Positions 29,826-39,096 of a DNA stretch of 64,000 nt are shown one piece after another. The stretch is taken from NCBI GenBank assembly GCA_963667725.2, contig CAXXHO010000003.1, positions 1,344,001 to 1,408,000 on the forward strand, in the 5' to 3' direction. Position 1 is the first letter of the stretch. Each line of letters opens with the position of its first letter. The position numbers and the translations under genes were made by a program. This DNA comes from Treponemataceae bacterium. GTDB taxonomy: Bacteria > Spirochaetota > Spirochaetia > Treponematales > Rectinemataceae. The notes under the pieces are model-generated. The model had not been told where the DNA came from. It searched no databases and saw nothing but the letters and a program-made list of their open reading frames with translations.

Positions 29826-30929
29826 TTATTCGCGGTATACACAGGTCATATCGCATTCCCCACCCTCCGCGCAGGTCTTTCCGGGGAAACTTAATTCAAG
29901 ATAAGGGTAAGGATCCATGGTGCCATAATCGGCTCCCATCAATATATCCCGGCAGAGAGTCCTAAGCTCGGAGCTGGCGGCGCCAGCATTGCGGGCTGCT
30001 TCGATATGGGGACAATATTTAAAATTCTTGACTGCTTTTTGGTTATTGAAACTCGTGATCGTCTGCTGCCATACCAAGAGGCCGGCACGGGAAGATATTT
30101 GACGCAGCCAGACATCAGGAGTGCCCTCCTTCGAAAACTTTATTGTTTGACCCTTGCCGAAGCTATAGCAGGCATCGTAGAGGAAGGTAATTGAATCCAT
30201 CCAAGGAAATTGTTTCTGCATCATTTTCCAGCAGAGATATACGAGAAGTCCCCTGTCGCCTACTTTGTCCCTTAGCATCAATGTCACTTCTTTCTCGGAA
30301 TATGCCTCGTTAAATCCCATACTTCCAAGGAAAGCCTCAACACCTATGGAGGTATCGTTTTTCGTGCTTTGCGGTTTATCTTTCAGAAGGAAGGTAATGG
30401 TGAAAACACCATTCTGGTCTATACCTTCTATATCGCCAAGCACCTTAAGATTGGGATTGTTAGCGACTAAGCCATCGGCAATGCCTAAGAGTACTTCTTT
30501 CTTTAAATACCGTTTTTCATCTTCACTGGCCCCCGAACGCTCAGCACCCATACAGTAAGGAAAAGCGTGTAATGCCAACACAGCCTTCTCATCATTAAAT
30601 GTGGTGATCTTCATGTCCCATGCAATGATATCGGCTTTAGACAAGAGTTTTTTGAGAAAGTTTGAAGGAGTCTGGACTACAGGGAAATTCTTGGAGTGGA
30701 GTTTTCCGAATTCAAAACAAAGATCATGAAGAAACGCGGTAGCGTCAACTTTTTCCGGAAAGCGTTCCTTGAGCATTTTCCATATGACATACACCATGCT
30801 CCCGCTATCAGCGATATTGCCCTGTAACATTCTTCGGACATCATCACCACTGAAGATTCCGCTTACGCCTATTTCGCTGAACCATTTTTCAAGCCTATTC
30901 TTGTCGTCGGCTGCTAATACATGTTCCAT
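29826..30929 (-). CDS. tandem-duplicated L-2-amino-thiazoline-4-carboxylate hydrolase-like (V4R-related) protein
   Basis: Two alignable halves; the C-half has YCPH.EA...G...LC.....D...C.EGGEC; GGAGG RBS. Confidence 0.6.
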   Translation of the reverse strand: MEHVLAADDKNRLEKWFSEIGVSGIFSGDDVRRMLQGNIADSGSMVYVIWKMLKERFPEKVDATAFLHDLCFEFGKLHSKNFPVVQTPSNFLKKLLSKADIIAWDMKITTFNDEKAVLALHAFPYCMGAERSGASEDEKRYLKKEVLLGIADGLVANNPNLKVLGDIEGIDQNGVFTITFLLKDKPQSTKNDTSIGVEAFLGSMGFNEAYSEKEVTLMLRDKVGDRGLLVYLCWKMMQKQFPWMDSITFLYDACYSFGKGQTIKFSKEGTPDVWLRQISSRAGLLVWQQTITSFNNQKAVKNFKYCPHIEAARNAGAASSELRTLCRDILMGADYGTMDPYPYLELSFPGKTCAEGGECDMTCVYRE

Positions 30930-30952
30930 GAAAAACCTCCTGTTGTCCTTTA

Positions 30953-31699
30953 CTATTTATTCTGTGCTTTTTCCTGCTTTCGCAAGGTTCTACGTCCGTG
31001 TCCAAGGTATGCTTCCTGGACTTCAGGATTCTTAAGGACTTCCTGTCCTGTACCATACAAGGTTATAGAACCTGTTTGAAGGACATAGGCATGTGTAGCG
31101 AGCTTGAGCGCCTGATTTGCATTTTGCTCCACCATCAATATTGTTACGCCAGTCTTGTTAATTTCCAGAATCTGCTTAAATATTTCCTTGACGAGTACGG
31201 GAGCAAGACCAAGAGAAGGTTCATCAAGCATAAGCAGACGCGGCTTCGACATGATTCCGCGCCCTATGGCGAGCATCTGCTGTTCACCACCAGACAGCGT
31301 ATTGGCTTGTTGTTTTAATCGTTCTTTCATTCTTGGAAATATAGTAAGCACATAATCCAGGTCATCTTCGACGGATTTGGACATTTTTCTCAAGTAAGCG
31401 CCCATTAGAAGGTTTTCCTTGACTGTGAGGGATCCGAATATTCTCCTTCCCTCAGGCACCAGGACAATGCCAGACGACACTACTTTATGGACAGCAACCG
31501 GCACCGGTTCATCACAGAAGGTTATGGAACCTTGTGACTTCTTGACTATGCCAGCAAGGGTATTCAGAAGTGTGGTCTTTCCGGCGCCATTGGCTCCTAC
31601 TATGCTTACGATTTCGCCTTCGGCAACTTCAAGATTAATGCCATGAAGAGCCTCGATTATTCCATAGCGAACTGTCAGGTCTTCCACTTTAAGTATCAC
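30953..31699 (-). CDS. livF: branched-chain amino acid-type ABC ATPase
   Basis: GANGAGKTT, VPEGRRIF, LSGGEQQMLA, LDEPSLGLAP. Confidence 0.93.
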   Translation of the reverse strand: MILKVEDLTVRYGIIEALHGINLEVAEGEIVSIVGANGAGKTTLLNTLAGIVKKSQGSITFCDEPVPVAVHKVVSSGIVLVPEGRRIFGSLTVKENLLMGAYLRKMSKSVEDDLDYVLTIFPRMKERLKQQANTLSGGEQQMLAIGRGIMSKPRLLMLDEPSLGLAPVLVKEIFKQILEINKTGVTILMVEQNANQALKLATHAYVLQTGSITLYGTGQEVLKNPEVQEAYLGHGRRTLRKQEKAQNK

Positions 31700-32484
31700 G
31701 AGAGTGCCTCTTCTTTGTCCTCTTCGTCATCTGGACCAAGATATGCCGTTATCACTTCCGCATTCGATTGAATTTCTTCTGGATTACCTTCCGCGAGCAC
31801 CTCGCCGAAATTGAGAACGATAATCCTCTCGCAAATCCCCATCACCAACTCCATGTGATGTTCGATGAGGAGAATCGTGAGATCGTATTTTTTACGCAGG
31901 CCTTCTATAAGATTCATCAGCTCGAGTGATTCATCGGGATTCATGCCGGCTGCGGGTTCATCCAAAAGTAAAACCTTTGGAGACAAGGCAAGCGCCCTCG
32001 CTATCTCTAGCTTGCGTTGCAGGCCGTAAGGCAGGCTGTCGGCCCGAGAATCGGCCATCTGTCCCAAACCTACAACATCGAGGTATTCCTGGGCTTTCTT
32101 TTTAGCTTCTGCTTCCTGATGCCTGAAATGGGGAGTTCTTACCAGCGCGGATACAAAGCTATAGCTGTAGTCCCTCTGTACGGCTGTCACCACATTCTGT
32201 AGGGCGCTGACGCTCTTAAGTAAGCGTAAATTCTGGAAGGTACGTGCTACGCCGAGCCTGCTGACTTCATAAGCTGGCATCTTCGTTATATCCTGTCCAT
32301 CCAGTCGGACGATCCCTGAGGTCGGAGGGATGATACCTGTCATAAGATTGAAAACCGTAGTTTTACCTGCACCATTCGGGCCGATAAGTCCAACCAGCTC
32401 TCCCTTATCGAGCGAAAGGTTAAAATCACTGACTGCGGTAAGTCCGCCAAATCTCTTTGAAAGATGTTCTGCTTCGAATAGCAT
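31696..32484 (-). CDS. livG: branched-chain amino acid-type ABC ATPase
   Basis: FGGLTAV, GPNGAGKTT, RTFQNLRL, LPYG.QR.LEIARAL, LDEPAAGMN. Confidence 0.93.
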   Translation of the reverse strand: MLFEAEHLSKRFGGLTAVSDFNLSLDKGELVGLIGPNGAGKTTVFNLMTGIIPPTSGIVRLDGQDITKMPAYEVSRLGVARTFQNLRLLKSVSALQNVVTAVQRDYSYSFVSALVRTPHFRHQEAEAKKKAQEYLDVVGLGQMADSRADSLPYGLQRKLEIARALALSPKVLLLDEPAAGMNPDESLELMNLIEGLRKKYDLTILLIEHHMELVMGICERIIVLNFGEVLAEGNPEEIQSNAEVITAYLGPDDEEDKEEALS

Positions 32485-33389
32485 TATTTTTTACCCTTCG
32501 GCTTCGACTCGCCTCTACTACCTCTTTTAGACGCCGAAGTAATTTTTCGTACAAACTGCTTGGCGAAGCTAAAGGAGAGTTCCTTCGACCCCATGAGTCC
32601 CGTCGGTTTTATAACTATAGTCAAGACTAACGCGAGGCCATAGAAGACCATTCTCCATTGCATGAGAGGGCGGAAGATTTCTGGTATAGCCGTAAGAATC
32701 ACCGCAGCGATCACCGATCCGCTCAAGCTTCCGATTCCACCAAAAACGACCGAAGACGAAAGCTCTGTCGATTTGGCGACATCGAACATCATCGGTTGCA
32801 GATACGTCATAAAGAAGGCGAACATGGCTCCCGCCACGCCGCAATAGAATGCGCTTATCGCTAGAGCGAAATACTGATTCCTGGCGACGTTGATCCCCAT
32901 TGATTGGGCAGCGATCTTATCTTCACGAATAGCGATGAGTGTGCGGCCGAATCTCGACCGGATTATATTACGCATAAGGATCAAGGCTAAGGCGGCAACA
33001 AGTAATGCGCCTGGCCATTTAGTCAATGTGGGCATGCCGCCAAAACCTCTCGCTCCTCCGGTCAGATTGCCGCCATTATCCATTATCAAACGGACAGACT
33101 CACCGAAGCCAAGGGCTGCAATAGCAAAATAATCGCCCTTAAGTCGTAGCGTTGGATACATGATTCCGCTTACCATGCAAGCGGCCACACCACCGAGTAG
33201 CAGGACTGCCCAGTATGGTACATTGAACTTAACAAACAAGATTGCTGCCGCATAAGCGCCAATAGACATGAACCCGGAATGCCCAAAACTAAACAATCCA
33301 GTAAATCCAGTCAAAAGAGCTAGACCTGTCACCGCAACGACATTGATACATATAAGGGTTATTACACTCAACATATAGGAAGAAAACAT
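32484..33389 (-). CDS. livM: branched-chain amino acid-type ABC permease
   Basis: G..G.FSFGH..F..IGAY, LRLKGDYFAI, AIRED..AA..MGI. Confidence 0.92.
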   Translation of the reverse strand: MFSSYMLSVITLICINVVAVTGLALLTGFTGLFSFGHSGFMSIGAYAAAILFVKFNVPYWAVLLLGGVAACMVSGIMYPTLRLKGDYFAIAALGFGESVRLIMDNGGNLTGGARGFGGMPTLTKWPGALLVAALALILMRNIIRSRFGRTLIAIREDKIAAQSMGINVARNQYFALAISAFYCGVAGAMFAFFMTYLQPMMFDVAKSTELSSSVVFGGIGSLSGSVIAAVILTAIPEIFRPLMQWRMVFYGLALVLTIVIKPTGLMGSKELSFSFAKQFVRKITSASKRGSRGESKPKGKK

Positions 33390-33400
33390 TTGATACTCCC

Positions 33401-34279
33401 TTAAACCTTGTCATCCACATATACACCCATGATCCCATGCGGGCGGACAATGAGTACGATGATCAGAATCAGGAACACAATCAGGTCGCGCAGCTGGGAT
33501 GATATGAATGCGGCAGTACAAGCCTCGATGACTCCAAGACATACAGAGCCTATTATCGCGCCTGGCAAGCTACCGAGTCCGCCCAGGATGGCTCCAATGA
33601 AGGCCTTCGTGGTAAGGGAACCTAATTGAGGATAGACGGTATACTTAATACCAAGGACTACACCTGCGATGCCTGCAAGGAATCCAGCAATAAGAAATAC
33701 CACAGAAAGAAGGAAGTTAACATTTACGCCCATAAGGCTCGCGGTTGTGAGATCAAAAGCAGCAGCCCTGATCGCCATTCCTACTTTCGTTCGTTTTAGG
33801 AAAAATTCCAGGAGAATGAGGAAGATGATGGCGATTCCCGCGCATACCAAATCCAGGATGCTTACTCGAAGTCCCCAGAACTTTATAGCTTTATATGGTA
33901 ATAATGACGGATATGTTCTGTAGTTGGCGCCGATTGCCGCCACAACGAAATTTTCAAAGAAAATTGAGATGCCTAGAGATGCGATTATGTAATAGAGGGA
34001 TTTCCCGCCTTTTGCGCGGATAGGTCTGTAGGCAAAACGCTCGATGAATATCGCGAAAAGTCCGCTCACTATAGTTGCCAGTAATATTGCAAGCAACGGT
34101 GGCATTAAGTTAGTGGAAATGAGGAAAAAACCAGTATAAGCACCCATGATGAGAAAACTACTATGCGCAAAATTAGAAAATGATAAAATGCTATATACAA
34201 GTGAATAGCCTACAGCTATCAAAGCGTATACAGATCCGATGGAAAGACCATTGATGATCTGTTGAAAAAGGGTCGACAA
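33401..34279 (-). CDS. livH: branched-chain amino acid-type ABC permease
   Basis: NGL..GSVYALIAVGYSLVY, NFAH, G.AIRA, LGGLGS; TTG start chosen from GGAGG RBS. Confidence 0.92.
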   Translation of the reverse strand: MSTLFQQIINGLSIGSVYALIAVGYSLVYSILSFSNFAHSSFLIMGAYTGFFLISTNLMPPLLAILLATIVSGLFAIFIERFAYRPIRAKGGKSLYYIIASLGISIFFENFVVAAIGANYRTYPSLLPYKAIKFWGLRVSILDLVCAGIAIIFLILLEFFLKRTKVGMAIRAAAFDLTTASLMGVNVNFLLSVVFLIAGFLAGIAGVVLGIKYTVYPQLGSLTTKAFIGAILGGLGSLPGAIIGSVCLGVIEACTAAFISSQLRDLIVFLILIIVLIVRPHGIMGVYVDDKV

Positions 34280-34305
34280 TTGGATTACCTCCAGCAAAGA
34301 ATGTT

Positions 34306-34352
34306 AAAAGGCGTGCAATGTCGGGCTTGCCGGCATTGCGCGCCTTTTTTTT
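34306..34352. terminator. hairpin after the substrate-binding protein gene (mRNA stabiliser or partial terminator)
   Basis: AAAAGGCGTGCAATGTCGG...CCGGCATTGCGCGCCTTTT. Confidence 0.7.
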
Positions 34353-34360
34353 ATTAACCC

Positions 34361-35518
34361 TTAATCAACTGGTGCGTACTTAGTAACGAATTTTAGTTCC
34401 TTACCGACAGCTTGTAGAATTACCGCGCTCTTGTTCAGAGGGTTGTGAGTTTTTGGATCCATAGTCAGAAGTCCATCAGCGATCTTAAAGTCCTTGCAAT
34501 TCTCAATGGCTTTACGAATTGTTTCGCCATTGGTAGTACCGGACGCTTTAATGATGTCAGCAATAAAATAGACAAGTTCATAAGCTTTATAGATGTTGGC
34601 ATACTCACCGCTTGGTTTGTATTTCGCGTCATACTTCTTCCAGATACCAGCCACGATTGGGTCTTCTGGAGATACGTGCTTGACCCAATAAGAACCCTGA
34701 AGCTCAGGACCGGCCATCGCCAACATGGCGGGAGAGGCTCCGTCTCCGCCCATGATCACAGTGTCTTCCATTCCAAGTTCGCGAGCCTGCCTTACCACGA
34801 GAGAAATATCCTTGTAGGTGATCGGAATCATAAGGACTTCAGGTTTCTTGGACAGGATCTGGGTGAGTTGGGGCCGGAAATCGACATCGCCAGCCTTATA
34901 TGCCCATTTTCCGAGGACCTTGCCACCGAGCTTGGTGAAATTATCTTCGAAGTACTGGGTCAGGCCGGTCGAATAGTCTGAACCAATATCATAGAGAACG
35001 GCAGCTGTTTTCTTGCCCAACTCTTTATTAAGATAGTACGCGATGACTTTGCCCTGGTATGGGTCCATGAAGCAGGTTCTGAATGCCCAAGGTCTCACGC
35101 TGCCATCGTCGTTCATCGTTACTTTAACTGCCGTGGCGTAGGAACTGATCTGTGGAATCTTGGCTTCGGCGCAGACGGAGCTGGTGGCAATATTGATGCC
35201 GCTCCAGTTGGAGCCTAGGACAGCGACAATATTCTGCTCTGCAACTGCTTTTTTTACGGCATTGACTGCATCGGCTGCATTACTGCGAGAATCCATGGAC
35301 ACGATCTCGATCTTGCGGCCAAGAATGCCGCCTGCCGCGTTGATCTCTTCCGCGGCCATTTTTGCTGTGTTGGTTTCCGGAATTCCCCATACGGAAGCAT
35401 CACCAGTCAGATGTGCCAGATAACCAATCTTAATTGGACCAGTAGTATCCGCACCGTATACAGACGCGGCACTAATGAGAATAAATGTAGCAAAAATTGC
35501 TATTGCCACCCTTTTCAT
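34361..35518 (-). CDS. LivJ/LivK-type ABC substrate-binding protein
   Basis: Signal peptide, IKIG....LTG, EINAAGGILG, FR.CF.D..QG, DFRPQLT. Confidence 0.92.
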   Translation of the reverse strand: MKRVAIAIFATFILISAASVYGADTTGPIKIGYLAHLTGDASVWGIPETNTAKMAAEEINAAGGILGRKIEIVSMDSRSNAADAVNAVKKAVAEQNIVAVLGSNWSGINIATSSVCAEAKIPQISSYATAVKVTMNDDGSVRPWAFRTCFMDPYQGKVIAYYLNKELGKKTAAVLYDIGSDYSTGLTQYFEDNFTKLGGKVLGKWAYKAGDVDFRPQLTQILSKKPEVLMIPITYKDISLVVRQARELGMEDTVIMGGDGASPAMLAMAGPELQGSYWVKHVSPEDPIVAGIWKKYDAKYKPSGEYANIYKAYELVYFIADIIKASGTTNGETIRKAIENCKDFKIADGLLTMDPKTHNPLNKSAVILQAVGKELKFVTKYAPVD

Positions 35519-35733
35519 TATGTAACCTCCTTACAATATTCCTAATCACTTCCTGCTCAAGCAGAATCGTGGATTATGGACATAATAAATGCATAAGCAT
35601 TCACTCGGTATACATTTGAAAAGTTTTTCTTTGCGCTCCGGAAGTATGGTTTTAAGATAAAAATGGCATAATTTTTATCTGATCCATTTTATTGTATAAT
35701 CATTATATAATATTATTTGATTATATAATGAGG

Positions 35734-35792
35734 TGGTATACCATACTCATCATCTGATGAGGAATCTTAAGTTAGGTATATCGATCTGTCAA
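35734..35792 (-). promoter_or_regulatory. liv operon promoter with adjacent palindromic operator-like sites
   Basis: Minus-strand TTGACA-17-TAAGAT (35792-35764); palindromes CTCATCA-tc-TGATGAG (35746-35761) and TGGTATACCA (35734-35743). Confidence 0.65.
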
Positions 35793-35977
35793 GAAATGTT
35801 TATTCATTTTCTAATTTATTGTTGTGTATCTCATCGATTCTCAAATTAAGAGGTCGCACATCTTTACTTGTGTATTGGTGGAATGGCTGATGGAGTCTAT
35901 ACAAATAGCGACAATTCTAGGAAAATTTCTATCACTGGATGAATACACAATGCAATCTTAAGAATGCTCTATTATTC

Positions 35978-36042
35978 TTGACAGCCATTTCTTTGGATGA
36001 TAGAGTTAAAGTGTCATATGTCATAGATATATTCACATTTGT
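35978..36042 (+). promoter_or_regulatory. promoter and putative SorC-family operator of the isomerase gene
   Basis: TTGACA-17-TAGAGT, then GTGTCATATG-N12-TCACATTTGT. Confidence 0.7.
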
Positions 36043-36062
36043 TCTACTACAAATGAGGCATA

Positions 36063-36821
36063 ATGAAAGCTGCAAACACCACCAGAAACCTCGCGAGAAT
36101 CAAGCATCTTGGCCCATCTGAGATATTCCTGATCGCAAACGGAAACTTGAAGCACTACACAAATAGGAATGGGTGGGCAGCGCAACAAGACATGGAAGCG
36201 AAGCTTCAGAAGGCTTTTGCGCAGGAGGGACGCACTCTTGTCCGTGCCCATGAATATTCTGAAGAACTCGGCCACGGTTTCATATGGAATCAGAGAATGG
36301 GCCTCGATATATTCAGTAAAATCGATCCCCGCAGTCCTATCATCATCGCCGCAGGGATATGGCAGTTCAGCCAAAACATCCTGTCGGGCTTGAGAAACCA
36401 CAAGGGACCGATCCTGACGATAGGCAACTGGTCTGGGCGATTCCCTGGCCTTGTGGGTTTGCTGAATCTTAATGGGAGCATGGTTAAGGCAAATGTTCCA
36501 TACAGCACTATCTGGAGCGAGACCTTCGATGATGACTTTTTTAGGCAGGGCATACATGAATGGATCGCTTCCGGAAAGATTGCCCATGAGGTTCTGTATC
36601 CTCGCGCGATCAGGGAATATTCTCTGCCAGCTAAAGAAATGGAATTGGGAAAGTCCCTCGCCAAGGACCTCCTTTTTGATAAGCCGATTATCGGCGTCTT
36701 CGATGAAGGCTGTATGGGTATGTACAACGCGATAATCGATGACGAACTTATCAATACGTTGACGGTAATGCTGTTTATTAGATATTTAAAAAACGGCATT
36801 CGCTTCAGAGCTTCGACATAA
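36063..36821 (+). pseudogene. 3'-truncated fucose-isomerase-like protein (native sequence ends about 36756)
   Basis: HGFI..Q, GPILT..NWSG..PGLVG.LNLNGS, GVFDEGCMGMYNAII; then reads into the antisense strand of the permease and stops. Confidence 0.75.
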
Positions 36822-37009
36822 TTCGAAAAGATGGGCTTTTCAGGGAAGACCTTTGGCGGAAACACCATTGTTTCCTGAAAAGTCTTCAAAGAGTTGCTGA
36901 GAATCCAGAAAAACGGAAATATGAACATGCATATCAGAGCTAGATAAGCTAGGGACTTAAAGACGGTACTTATGGGCTTGCTGGTAAGCTGACGCAGATT
37001 TGATGTCAT
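36748..37009 (-). pseudogene. 3'-truncated carbohydrate ABC permease (MalG/UgpE type)
   Basis: IFPFFWIL.NSLKT...PP...P....NY.E....PFFKYLINS only; no EAA loop; the ORF tail to 36290 is antisense of the isomerase. Confidence 0.8.
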
Positions 37010-37935
37010 TGGTAGTGGACCTTTTTGGCTAGCATATTAAAGTAAATGGCCACCAGTATGCCGATGATGAGAAAGAGTATCACTCCGCCAGCGGAGGCGT
37101 AGCCTATTCTGAAGTACTTAAACGCGTATTCATAAATGAAATAGACAAAAACACTTGAAGAGTTTATAGGTCCGCCCTGAGTCATGATGTTGATGGGATC
37201 GAATACCCTAAGCGCCTCGGTTGTTGAGACTACAAGCAGAAAGAATAAGCTGGGAGTAAGAAGAGGAATGGTTATCCTTAAGAAAACGGCTCTTCCCGAC
37301 GCCCCATCTATCTTTGCGGCATCGTAAATGGATTGCGGGATGTTCTGAAGAGCCGCGATCAGAAGCAGCATGTAATATCCCACGTACTTCCAAACCGAGA
37401 CGAGTACCAGAGACGGAACTACCGTCTTTACGTCCGACAGCCAGGGATAGGGCTTAAGCTTAAAAACAGCAAGCAAGGAATTGAGCAGGCCGTATTGCGG
37501 ATCCATAAGCCATAGCCATACGAGCGATATGGTTACGAAGGAGACGATATATGGTATGAATACCGCAGATTGAGCGAATGAATGAAACCTATCTGGCTTG
37601 TTCAGCCACACTGCGAACAGAAGCGCGATAGCGATAGAAAATACGACGAAAAGCAAAGCATAAAGCAATGAATTCTTGAGAACCGACAGAAACTCTTGGG
37701 AATGGAATAATTCAACGTAATTGGATAATCCTACAAACCGAGGATTTTTCCTGAGCATAGAACGATCGGTAAAGCTAGTCCTGACAAGGAAAACGAGGGG
37801 ATAAACGACAAACGCGCCAAGCCCCGCCATGGCTGGTAGCAGCATGACATAGGGAACCAGCAATCCGTGCTTGATTTTCAGCGGAGAACCAGAATTGGGT
37901 CGAGACCTTATGTTCTCACTATCCTTCCGCTTCAT
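37006..37935 (-). CDS. carbohydrate ABC permease (MalF/UgpA type)
   Basis: FVGLSNY, W...GYYM....AALQ.IP..IYDAA.IDGA, ITIPLLTP. Confidence 0.92.
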   Translation of the reverse strand: MKRKDSENIRSRPNSGSPLKIKHGLLVPYVMLLPAMAGLGAFVVYPLVFLVRTSFTDRSMLRKNPRFVGLSNYVELFHSQEFLSVLKNSLLYALLFVVFSIAIALLFAVWLNKPDRFHSFAQSAVFIPYIVSFVTISLVWLWLMDPQYGLLNSLLAVFKLKPYPWLSDVKTVVPSLVLVSVWKYVGYYMLLLIAALQNIPQSIYDAAKIDGASGRAVFLRITIPLLTPSLFFLLVVSTTEALRVFDPINIMTQGGPINSSSVFVYFIYEYAFKYFRIGYASAGGVILFLIIGILVAIYFNMLAKKVHYQ

Positions 37936-37952
37936 ACCGACACTTCTCCGAT

Positions 37953-38933
37953 TTAGCTATGGCTGTTCCGCAATTTTTCATCCAGTTTCACGATTTCTTT
38001 CGCCGTGTACTCATCAACTATCAGAACATTCGCGTATTTAGCTTCCAGCGCGCCATATACTCCTTTTACGCTCTTGGATTCTGCGGCTACAAGGATGGAA
38101 TATTCCTTGCTCCTGAGCTTCGTTAAAGGTATGCCAATAGTGCGTTCATCGTATTGCTTGGCGATTGTGGCTCCATGGATATCAATGAGTCTTCCGCATG
38201 CATCACCGACAATGCCTTCAGAACAGAGTTTTTCTACATCATCGTGACTAAAATAGCCTGAGCGTACCAAGGCTGAATTGACATCGAATTCGCCGACGGC
38301 AAAGAGCACTATATTGGCATCGAAGCCGAGTTGCAAAATGGATTGAATCTTCCTGTCCTTCACGATCGCGTTTTTTATTTCCACGGAATCGACGACCAAA
38401 GGAAGCGGCAGGAAGTGCACTTCCGCATTGTAAGCTTCAGCGAAAAGGCGAGCGATCTCATTCATCCGATCGAATTCTTCCATATGAGGAAGACCACCTT
38501 TAAGCTGTATGATCTTTATATTATTTAAATCCTTCTTAATCAGTTTTTTTGCGCAGGCAGCAAGCGTTAGCCCCCATGAAATGCCGATAATATCGTCATC
38601 GCTTAGAATGCTGTTCAAAAATCTGCCTACTATAGTTCCGATGGCATCGAGCTTTTTATCAAATTGCTGTGTTCCGACGGGAACCACGATCGCCTTTTTT
38701 AAGCCAAACCGATTGCATAATAAAGTCTCAAGTTCGCTTTCGCCTTGAAGTGTGTCTTTTATACGAATTTCAACAAGCCCCAAGCTGTAGGCTTCTTTTA
38801 ATAGCTTTGATATATAGGAGCGCGAAATATGAAACTTTTTGGCAATGATATCCTGGCTTATATTCTGCTCGTAATAGAGTCTGCATATCCTGATCAGCAT
38901 TTCTTCTTTATCAGAAGGGACCATAATTAACAT
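37953..38933 (-). CDS. SorC/DeoR-family sugar-binding transcriptional regulator
   Basis: LYY....SQ..IA.....SR..ISKLL..A...GLVEI HTH; IGISWG.TL; GD..GR; RTIGI. Confidence 0.92.
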   Translation of the reverse strand: MLIMVPSDKEEMLIRICRLYYEQNISQDIIAKKFHISRSYISKLLKEAYSLGLVEIRIKDTLQGESELETLLCNRFGLKKAIVVPVGTQQFDKKLDAIGTIVGRFLNSILSDDDIIGISWGLTLAACAKKLIKKDLNNIKIIQLKGGLPHMEEFDRMNEIARLFAEAYNAEVHFLPLPLVVDSVEIKNAIVKDRKIQSILQLGFDANIVLFAVGEFDVNSALVRSGYFSHDDVEKLCSEGIVGDACGRLIDIHGATIAKQYDERTIGIPLTKLRSKEYSILVAAESKSVKGVYGALEAKYANVLIVDEYTAKEIVKLDEKLRNSHS

Positions 38934-38942
38934 CTCCCATAA

Positions 38943-39011
38943 TCACATTTGTGACTATTGTATTAGCATATGACACACTTACACTTTAGGTTTGGATATG
39001 AAATCTGTCAA
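38943..39011 (-). promoter_or_regulatory. promoter and putative autoregulatory operator of the SorC-family gene
   Basis: Minus-strand TTGACA-17-TAAAGT, then GTGTCATATG-N12-TCACAAATGTGA. Confidence 0.7.
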
Positions 39012-39096
39012 GTAAAATTTTCTCGGCTTTTATTGTTCGGTATATAGTAAGATACTTTTGTGTCGTGTATTAGCCGGATTGGCCGGGCTGCACTGC

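Noticed and set aside
36290..36821. Apparent 530-nt antiparallel overlap of two genes
   Set aside because: Better explained as read-through past a deletion junction than as true dual coding
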